24,000 bases of DNA from Infirmifilum uzonense (GTDB taxonomy: Archaea; Thermoproteota; Thermoprotei; Thermofilales; Thermofilaceae). Below the pieces are notes generated by a model. The model made no database searches. It saw only the letters and a program-made list of their open reading frames with translations, and was not told the origin of the DNA. Position numbers and translations under genes: made by a program. The stretch covers positions 528,714 through 552,713 of the forward strand of contig NZ_CP009961.1 in assembly GCF_000993805.1 (NCBI RefSeq). The letters run 5' to 3'. Shown here in pieces: positions 15,326 through 22,360 of the stretch (position 1 is the stretch's first letter; every line of letters starts with the position of its first letter).

Positions 15326-17455
15326 CTACTCACCCTCACAAAATGATCTTCCTATTTCACTGAGCTTTTTTCTCAAGTCAATGCTTCCGAGCTCATTCTC
15401 CACTCTATCCTCCACTATATTCAGTATTGAGCAGAGAGTGTACAGGGATCTCCAGACCTCGGCTGATCCCTTCTTGGTTAGTTCGCTGAATATCCTTCTA
15501 AGACGGCCGTATAATTCCCTGTCCTCTTCCCACCTCGAATCCATACCTCTTGCTATATCACTTAGCCATCTCAGAAGCGCCATCTCATGATATAGCCTTG
15601 ATCTTCCTCCTGAAGGAAGGAGATCCTCAAGGACCTCCTTAAAATCAGAGGATCTAATGGCATTATCTCCAGAGACAGCAATTCTGAGCGATTTAAGAAC
15701 AGGGGATTCATCCTCCGTTCCTATCCATAGAAGAGATCTCCACAGGCCATCATAGTCAACACTCTCTATTTTGAATTTATTTATGGATTCCCATGATGCA
15801 CCTGATTTCGCATATAGAATTGAGGCTTGCACTGTGAATTCATCTCTCGGGGCCTTTTTCGCTATCTCTTTTGTATATCTCAGCATTGCGCGAGAGGCAT
15901 CATATAAATACACACCTGGTACCTTGGTTCTTCCTGCAGTTATGCCCATGCTAATACCCATTTTCTCCTCTTCGGGGATTATTTTGAGCTCCTTTGCGGT
16001 AAAGAAGACCCTTTTAGCTCTCTCAGCTAGACCCCTGATGAATCCAACAACGTGTTCTGCCCTTAAAATGAGCACCATGTCATCGCCAGCCACATAAAAG
16101 GGTGTTATGGGGAGGAAGAAGTTGTACTGCCTTGGCCCAGCGGACTCTCTCATTCTTAAGTTTAGGAATTTTTCCTCAACTTCTAGGGAGTTCCTTGCTC
16201 CGCTCACTAATCCCTCCTCCATGAGAGTACTGAAGAGAATGGATAAGGAGAGAAAGTCCTCAATGGACTTGGAATTGCCCTTTAAGGCGCCAAAGCCATC
16301 CCCATCTGCAGTTATCATAGCAATAAGTGCATTAGAGGACTCGGAGTAATCATAATTCTCCAGTCCCGTCACAAATCTGGCTTCAAAGCCGGCAGAAACG
16401 GCATTTCGCACTTTTTCAAATATCTCATAGGATGATGCCATCTTAACCGCATTCAGGACATCTTTGTTCCATCCTTTTTCTTCTCCATTTAGAATATCTG
16501 TAAAAATAAGCCCATATGAGGCTAAAATTAGGCAGCTCTGGCATATTTTGCCACCATACCTCTCCACGATGTTTTCTTTTAGCCTCCTCACTTTCGTCTC
16601 ATCAACAGCAAAAGAACGCAACAGTTTGTCCACAGAGGATTCATTCAGGCTTGAATCGGCTCTGCAACCCCTACATATATCCTTAGGATCGAGCTCAATC
16701 GGATCACCAGATCCAAGATTGATCGCTCTAGTTGAGGCCAAGGCTAGTCGATACGATGATCCAGCACGGTTCATTATATCTTTGACTTTCAGCATTGGAG
16801 CGCTTGAGCCGTTTCCCTTTAAGACTATAGCATTAGCAATAGGTATTCTCTTGAGGTGTTCAATGATCTCTCCTTCCATTTTCCCTGATAAAGATGGATG
16901 TGAGATAAACACAAGCTCTCCAGCCTCTTTTGTCAGTATGAACTCCTCTCCTAGTTTGTCAGCTACATAAATCGAAGCATATCTGGGCAATACATCGACA
17001 AGAAGGCTTGCACCTCTCATTTCCCTGAAGGCACCATTTCTCTTCACTATTTCCTGTATAGAGCCAACTTCAAGGACCTGTATTGTCACCTTCCAGTCTC
17101 CTCTCTGCATCAAGCCAAGGATCTCCTTAGCTCTCTCATAGTAAGATGAGACATCCACTTTTATTTGTTCAGCAAGTTTGCTGAATCCCTCTCTTTCAGC
17201 AACAGCTTTTAAAGAGGAGAGCCTTACCTTGATCCAATCGCTACTTTCCGGATCGCTGGAGAGAGCCAGTGCCAGCAACGGAGGATGAACCCTCAATCTC
17301 ACTAGATTCCCAAATATCTCCTTCCCCTTTAATTTTCCCCTAAGAATCTCTTTAAGAATTTCATTTATCTTTTCATAAAGGGGATTCAGCCCCCAAACGC
17401 TATAAACAGATAGAAGATCCTCTTCAATTTCGTGCCTGGCCGGGCCTTCGGACAT
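15326..17455 (-). CDS. cas10: Cas10 large subunit, lacking an HD domain and with a cyclase palm motif AGDD
   Basis: The palm 1 entry is VGSIQEIVKRNGAFREMRGASLLVD. The zinc ribbon is CRGC...CQSC. The first palm acidic motif is ITADGDGFG and the second is FYVAGDDMVLIL. The roughly 130 aa before palm 1 contain no H...HD...D pattern. At 709 aa the protein is short for Cas10. Confidence 0.9.
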   Translation of the reverse strand: MSEGPARHEIEEDLLSVYSVWGLNPLYEKINEILKEILRGKLKGKEIFGNLVRLRVHPPLLALALSSDPESSDWIKVRLSSLKAVAEREGFSKLAEQIKVDVSSYYERAKEILGLMQRGDWKVTIQVLEVGSIQEIVKRNGAFREMRGASLLVDVLPRYASIYVADKLGEEFILTKEAGELVFISHPSLSGKMEGEIIEHLKRIPIANAIVLKGNGSSAPMLKVKDIMNRAGSSYRLALASTRAINLGSGDPIELDPKDICRGCRADSSLNESSVDKLLRSFAVDETKVRRLKENIVERYGGKICQSCLILASYGLIFTDILNGEEKGWNKDVLNAVKMASSYEIFEKVRNAVSAGFEARFVTGLENYDYSESSNALIAMITADGDGFGALKGNSKSIEDFLSLSILFSTLMEEGLVSGARNSLEVEEKFLNLRMRESAGPRQYNFFLPITPFYVAGDDMVLILRAEHVVGFIRGLAERAKRVFFTAKELKIIPEEEKMGISMGITAGRTKVPGVYLYDASRAMLRYTKEIAKKAPRDEFTVQASILYAKSGASWESINKFKIESVDYDGLWRSLLWIGTEDESPVLKSLRIAVSGDNAIRSSDFKEVLEDLLPSGGRSRLYHEMALLRWLSDIARGMDSRWEEDRELYGRLRRIFSELTKKGSAEVWRSLYTLCSILNIVEDRVENELGSIDLRKKLSEIGRSFCEGE

Positions 17456-17626
17456 CCTTCATTAAAACTTTGTTTTTTATTATAAACATTTCGGTATTTA
17501 ATTTTTTAACTCTACAAGAGACAAGATAACATTGCAGATATAAAAATTATTTTTGTCTCTAATAAATAGAATTCATTATTTTCACATAAACCTTTTTATT
17601 AAAGTTTGCTTCCATCTCTTGGTATC
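17456..17626. promoter_or_regulatory. Divergent AT-rich promoter region for cas10 (-) and csx1 (+)
   Basis: On the minus strand, TTTATAATAA (17477-17486) is centred about 27 nt upstream of the cas10 ATG (17455). On the plus strand, TTTTTATTAAA (17594-17604) is centred about 28 nt upstream of the ATG at 17627. Both spacings imply leaderless or near-leaderless mRNAs. Confidence 0.5.
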
Positions 17627-19012
17627 ATGGGGGAATCCAAGAGCGAGAGATGTTTAGCTGTAACAACATGGGGAAATCCTCGTGGCTGGTGGTACTCAAG
17701 ATACGTTTATGAGGAATTAGGCCAGAAATTCGACAAATACGGCTTTTCCACGCTGAACTTGTTGATGGAGGTTGAAAGACCTGATATTGTTCTTCTGCTG
17801 GCATTGGACACGCTTTCCAGCCTAAAGGAAAGGGTTTACAACAGCATTAAAAAGGAGGTGGAGGATTACATCAGGTCTCATTTATGCGTTGAGAATGAGA
17901 TTGCGATAGAGATCCTGCCGGGCATTCTTTCCTCTAAAAAAAAGGCTTTCAAAGCCGACTTGGGGGATTATGAGTTGCTTGCACTAAATAAGATCTTTCA
18001 TGAGGGTCTTAAGCTTGGAGGCAATAAGTTACGGATAGCACTGGACATAACACATGGAGTCAACTATATGCCTGTGTTGACTTATTCTGCTGCCCTGGAG
18101 GCAGCTTCCATGCTTGCAGTGACAATATCTAGAGAGGTAGACCTTCGCATTTACCAAGCAGATCCAGTATACCTTGAAGAAGAACTAAGAAGAGAGCTTT
18201 CTAGGCAGAAGGATGATCCTTGTAAGCCCAATGGCAGAGCTGAACCACCTGAGCTACGGTACAACCTCTTGCGCAGGAGGAAAGTTTCGCCTTGGGAGTT
18301 GACAAGATATCTAAGCTACAGCGAAAATAATGCCAGCAAGCTTTTGACAGATCCTCGAGATTGTTCTATAGAGGATTCAGAGATCCTCTACAAAAAAGTC
18401 CTACCGTTGCTGGGGGCATTCAGGATTGGGGCCTTGCCCGAGCTCTGCATTCTGGCTAAGAGCTTAGATCCCAGCTTCCTGAGGAACATCATCAATGAAG
18501 CATTGCAGTGCTGGAATTCAAAGAGAGTCGTCACAGAGGGGAATGTTCTAGAACTAGTGAGCAATACCAGACTTTCTGAGGGATTTAGAGCGTTGTTGCA
18601 TGCCTTAGCACTAGTTACTGGCGTCATGCGTAACCTGGAAAGTGAGTCAGCATGCAGTGAAGCAAGAGAATGCACAACCACGCTTGAGGAGATTAAGAAG
18701 CTGAGGCGCCTCTTAAATGGCTCAAAAGTGATTGAAACCCTTGTTAACAGAGAAATATCTAAGTTAGAACATATAAAACAAAAGATATGCCCTGATGACT
18801 GGACACTCTACTCAGAGTATAAATCAAATGGAGGAGATATCTCACGCTCGGGAAATGGGAAATTTACCAGAGATTTCATAGCTCATGCAGGCTTTCATAA
18901 CGAAGTTCTTCTGCTGAGGAAATCCTCCTCAGAAAAAGATCTTGAGATAAAGATAGATGAGGGACAATTGGACAAAGTCCTAAAAATCCTGAGAAAACAA
19001 GTCCTCATATAG
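17606..19012 (+). CDS. csx1: Csx1-family CARF-HEPN ribonuclease (Cas DxTHG family)
   Basis: The N-terminal CARF strand is CLAVTTWGNP. The DxTHG motif is ALDITHGVNYMP. The C-terminal HEPN motif is TRDFIAHAGFH (R-x4-H with the Csx1-type AHAG). The probable true start is the ATG at 17627. Confidence 0.88.
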   Translation: MLPSLGIMGESKSERCLAVTTWGNPRGWWYSRYVYEELGQKFDKYGFSTLNLLMEVERPDIVLLLALDTLSSLKERVYNSIKKEVEDYIRSHLCVENEIAIEILPGILSSKKKAFKADLGDYELLALNKIFHEGLKLGGNKLRIALDITHGVNYMPVLTYSAALEAASMLAVTISREVDLRIYQADPVYLEEELRRELSRQKDDPCKPNGRAEPPELRYNLLRRRKVSPWELTRYLSYSENNASKLLTDPRDCSIEDSEILYKKVLPLLGAFRIGALPELCILAKSLDPSFLRNIINEALQCWNSKRVVTEGNVLELVSNTRLSEGFRALLHALALVTGVMRNLESESACSEARECTTTLEEIKKLRRLLNGSKVIETLVNREISKLEHIKQKICPDDWTLYSEYKSNGGDISRSGNGKFTRDFIAHAGFHNEVLLLRKSSSEKDLEIKIDEGQLDKVLKILRKQVLI

Positions 19013-19323
19013 CTTCTGCCGGAGAGAATCCTTTACTCTTGCAGTGTTCCCAATGACAGCTGCTGTAGTCTCCTCTGGATCTCTCCTCTCCTGTTGTGAC
19101 TGAGTTCATGCAGTGGCTTGTCTTAAGAGGCATTAATGTCAGAAGAGTTTACCTCCTAGCTACAGACGAGGATATCCTCCAAGAGCAAGGCTTATAGAAA
19201 TAGTGGTCTCAGAGGATACCCATTTTCGTTTATACTTTTTATTATCTCATCTCCTGTTATATGACCCGAACGAAGTGAGGGCGAGAAGCGAAGCGACAAA
19301 GCGTTCCGCCCAAAAAGCCGCTG

Positions 19324-19551
19324 TTAAACAATACTGTTTTTAATCCCATATTTCTCACACAACCTTTTTGTTCTTTCTTCAAGTTCCTTTTGATATTCTT
19401 TCGTAGGTTGAAAGAATACTCTGAATGAGCTTTTATATTTTGGAATAAGTGTAGGATAGTGTTCTTCCAAAAATTTGTAATAAAGGGTCTTGCAATCTGC
19501 TGGACCCTTTCCGAATAAAGTTAATGCACCAGCAAAAACAAAATTCGCTCC
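19324..19551 (-). pseudogene. C-terminal remnant of a radical-SAM (SplB/COG1533-like) gene
   Basis: A 75-codon frame is open with no start codon: ...LFGKGPADCKTLYYKFLEEHYPTLIPKYKSSF...TKEYQKELEERTKRLCEKYGIK*. As I recall them, this resembles the C-terminal ends of archaeal SplB-like radical SAM proteins. The upstream part of the gene is missing. Confidence 0.4.
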
Positions 19552-21431
19552 TTAATCCTTTGCTATTTTTATCATTAGATTTAAAAAAGAAGTTTGAAGG
19601 TAAGACAACATGCGCTAAGAGTGTGAGAAAGTTGAGGTTTCAATACCTGATATTAATACTCCTCATTTTAGCATCCTTCGCTACCTCACCTGCTCAGGCC
19701 TGCCAGGACGTCCATGTGCTCCGAGTGCTCTTCCTCTTCTACAATACCACCCTGCAGTCGGTCTCACCAGGATCGACGAACAAGGTCATCGAGAGGTTAA
19801 ATTATTTTAAAACATTTTTTAAAGAAAATACACATAATGCTCTAACCTTAACCTACCAATATATTATAGTTAACAGGACTATTTTGAGGGAGGAGATGGC
19901 CAGCGCTGTGATTGAGGGACAGGTGAGGTACTGGGTGGAACCACGCACCGTTGCGAGGGATCTAGCCTTTAAGCAATCTTCCTATGATGTTATAATTGTA
20001 TATTATGGAATAAGGTGGCCTTTCGTTGCTCACGGTGGCGTTTCATATGGTGCTAAAGGCTTTTTTGGGGAATCTGGTTTTATTTCCATACCCATAGCCC
20101 CAGATGAAGAGCCTATCTCCGATAGATATGCTGACTTCCTGATAGAAGTAGCAGTTCACGAGTTCTTACATATCTTGGATGATATGTACGAAATTACAGG
20201 GGATTCATCCTTTTATAATCCGGATGAGATGACCAAGTGGACCAGTTACACGAAGCCCTACGACTACTACAGATGGATTCTCCAGACATGGCCTGTCGAA
20301 AAATGGTTCATCCTCCAGTTTGGGTATAACGCCAAGGAATGCGATGGGAAAATTTATGTAGATGTCACTCTCAAAAGTAATAATCCTTTAGCAAAAATTA
20401 ACATAGATGGCTTCCTGTTTTCAACTCCCAACTCAACTTGGCTGAGCTTAGGACCTCACAGTCTATTTGTTGAGCCTACTTCAGTTCATGTTCAAAATCT
20501 CACGCGCACTGAGTACTTCTTCTCAAACTGGGTTTTGAACTCTCAAAGTATAGCCCAGAATTCTATCACAATAATTGTAGATAAACCTCTGGCCATTGTT
20601 GCTAACTTTGAGCTCAGAAGGGAGCATCGTGTAGTCGTTATGACTAGATATTCACGGCCTATTGATGCCTGGATTCAGGAGAACTCAACAATAACTTTAA
20701 GTGAGCCTTCAGAGAGAGTTGAAAATGACACTAAGTATGTGTTCGCTGGATGGTTTTCCGACGGGAAAATATATTCAGATGAGCAAACTATTCTATTAAA
20801 AGTCAGGGAGCCTATTCGATTGGAATCCCGTTGGAAGAAGTTCTTTCACGTGAAAATAAAGTCTGATAGTGTTCCATTAAAAATTAACGATGAATGGACC
20901 TCAATATTTGATGAATGGCTGCCTTCTATGACCTCCATTAAGTTTTATGCTCCTGAGCTCTGGGATGCTGGAAATGGCACTCGACTGGTATTCAAGGGCT
21001 GGAGCGATCATGTGCTAACGCCCACCAGGCAGGTCAATTTGTCGGGGCCCATAGAGATAACCGCGCTCTATGAGACAGAATACGAGGTTTCTGCCTCCTC
21101 TCCTTATGGAGAAACCTCAGGTAGCGGATGGTACAAGAAAAATGAAACAGTGTTGATCTCAGTAAAACCAACTGAGGTGAACCTTGGAGCAAAGCATGTC
21201 TTCGATCACTGGGAGGATGAGAAAGGAGAGATTGTCTCCAGGGAACCAGAAGTTAGGATCAAGGTAGATAGGCCGGTGAAGCTGACAGCCGTCTGGAGGA
21301 CAGAGGTAGATTATACATTGCCTCTACTCGTAGCTGGATTGATATTCATTTTTCTAATTTATGTAATATTAAAGAAAATGACCTTGAAGAGAAAAACCGA
21401 AGGAGAAGGAATTCCACTATTGCTGATCTGA
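19524..21431 (+). CDS. Secreted, membrane-anchored HExxH protein with four B-repeat-like modules
   Basis: The signal peptide is LRFQYLILILLILASFATSPAQA. The likely start is the GTG at 19623, with TTTAAAAAA about 35 nt upstream. The zinc-protease-like motif is VAVHEFLHILDD. There are four modules: YFFSNW.., YVFAGWFSDG.., LVFKGWSD.. and HVFDHWEDEKG... Each ends in P-[IV]-x-[LI]-x-A-x-[FWY]. The C-terminal TM anchor is LPLLVAGLIFIFLIYVIL. Confidence 0.75.
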   Translation: MHQQKQNSLLNPLLFLSLDLKKKFEGKTTCAKSVRKLRFQYLILILLILASFATSPAQACQDVHVLRVLFLFYNTTLQSVSPGSTNKVIERLNYFKTFFKENTHNALTLTYQYIIVNRTILREEMASAVIEGQVRYWVEPRTVARDLAFKQSSYDVIIVYYGIRWPFVAHGGVSYGAKGFFGESGFISIPIAPDEEPISDRYADFLIEVAVHEFLHILDDMYEITGDSSFYNPDEMTKWTSYTKPYDYYRWILQTWPVEKWFILQFGYNAKECDGKIYVDVTLKSNNPLAKINIDGFLFSTPNSTWLSLGPHSLFVEPTSVHVQNLTRTEYFFSNWVLNSQSIAQNSITIIVDKPLAIVANFELRREHRVVVMTRYSRPIDAWIQENSTITLSEPSERVENDTKYVFAGWFSDGKIYSDEQTILLKVREPIRLESRWKKFFHVKIKSDSVPLKINDEWTSIFDEWLPSMTSIKFYAPELWDAGNGTRLVFKGWSDHVLTPTRQVNLSGPIEITALYETEYEVSASSPYGETSGSGWYKKNETVLISVKPTEVNLGAKHVFDHWEDEKGEIVSREPEVRIKVDRPVKLTAVWRTEVDYTLPLLVAGLIFIFLIYVILKKMTLKRKTEGEGIPLLLI

Positions 21432-21625
21432 TATTGCATCAGGAAAGCCTAAGAAAGCTTTCAATGACCTTTATGCCATGAAGATGAGTTCTGAGATCCT
21501 CTGCTGATGCTTAAAGGCTGCATGCCTCATAAAAGCAATGAAAGAGGAATTAAAATCTGATCTCAGGATCTACGCCATTGGAATTCATCTTGGTAAACTT
21601 TTTAAGTATATCAGGGTGAAGCAGA

Positions 21626-21856
21626 ATGTCTGAGGTTGTGAGCTTCAAGATCCCCAGGCACATAAAGGAGAAGATGAGGAGGTATGCAGATCGCGTGAAC
21701 TGGACTGAGGAGCTCGGAAGATTTGTTAAAAGCAGAGTTGAGGAGCTGGAGAGGGAGGAAAATATCAAGGAGGTTGTCAAAATCCTTATGAATACAAAGG
21801 AGGTTCCAAGCGGCTTTTCTGAGGCATCAGTGGTGGAGGATCGTGATAGTAGTTGA
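21626..21856 (+). CDS. vapB: VapB-type antitoxin
   Basis: The 76-aa protein has VVSFKIPRHIKEKMRRYADRVNWTEELGRFVKSRVEELER, as in archaeal VapB-like antitoxins. It overlaps the downstream PIN gene by 14 nt. Confidence 0.75.
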   Translation: MSEVVSFKIPRHIKEKMRRYADRVNWTEELGRFVKSRVEELEREENIKEVVKILMNTKEVPSGFSEASVVEDRDSS

Positions 21857-22241
21857 TGCCACTGTTATAACTGCTTTCATCCTGAGGGAGCCTGAGTGGG
21901 AAAAGTATGCAGACATCATAAAGAACTGCTGCACTGTTGATCATGTCGCTAAGGAGGTCTCAAATGCCATCTGGAAATCCTTTAGGAGAGATTTTATTTC
22001 GGAGGAGGATGCAAAAGCGAAGTTTCAAGCCATGAGAAAGCTCATTGATGTGAACGTAATCCTCTACAATGAGCTGGAGGTGCTCGATAAAGCATTTGAG
22101 GTATCGATAAAGGAAGGGATCACCGTGTACGACGCGCTCTACATAGCCCTCTCAATGAAATTAGGTGGAAAACTGGCAACTCTGGACAAAAGGCAGAAAA
22201 GCGTTGCTGAGAATCTGGGGATAGAGACATTAGTAGGCTAA
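21843..22241 (+). CDS. vapC: PIN-domain toxin VapC
   Basis: The start is GTG. The PIN acidic residues sit in canonical contexts: VVDATV, KEVSNA, VYDALYIALS and ATLDKRQ. Length is 132 aa. Confidence 0.88.
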   Translation: MIVVDATVITAFILREPEWEKYADIIKNCCTVDHVAKEVSNAIWKSFRRDFISEEDAKAKFQAMRKLIDVNVILYNELEVLDKAFEVSIKEGITVYDALYIALSMKLGGKLATLDKRQKSVAENLGIETLVG

Positions 22242-22360
22242 GGAACAGCATTTTTTTCCTGAAGGATCTAAATCCACTTTACCTCATGAAAGATTTTAAT
22301 AGCTGCTAGCTTCATTTCATTAAATATTTTAAAAAGACTACTTCTTTCCTATCTCGCATG

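Noticed and set aside
15771-16970. Long + strand ORFs (15771..16097, 16107..16349, 16464..16970) antisense to cas10. There are similar antisense ORFs in other genes: 3349..3936, 4716..5573, 11011..12871, 12914..13096, 13913..14295, 15116..15590 and 18388..18681
   Set aside because: They are fully nested antisense to genes with strong family motifs. Their translations are low-complexity (S/L/P-rich) with no motifs and no promoter context. I treat them as shadow ORFs.
17517-17560. An 8-bp inverted repeat, AGAGACAA ... TTGTCTCT, 28 nt apart in the cas10/csx1 spacer, as a possible operator
   Set aside because: An 8-mer inverted repeat in a roughly 170-bp AT-rich region is easily produced by chance. 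It does not extend and I cannot check its conservation.
19069-19197. A short frame, SPVVTEFMQWLVLRGINVRRVYLLATDEDILQEQGL*, downstream of csx1 as a possible CARF or Cas fragment
   Set aside because: It bears only a vague resemblance to the 'xxVxLxxTDxxxG' segment of CARF-type proteins. It is too short and lacks a defining motif, so I do not annotate it.
19261-19320. A GC-rich, purine-biased patch (cgaacgaagtgagggcgagaagcgaagcgacaaagcg) in an otherwise AT-rich spacer
   Set aside because: I could find no stable hairpin, no tRNA-like arms and no clean tandem unit. It may be the untranslated tail of the radical-SAM remnant. It remains unexplained but is not supportable as a feature.
22242-22360. 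The AT-rich segment left of the main array, considered as the CRISPR leader
   Set aside because: The adjacent repeat copy is the degenerate one, and only the opposite-strand reading gives the ATTGAAAG tag. Both point to a leader at the other end, outside the window. I keep this as an alternative to test.
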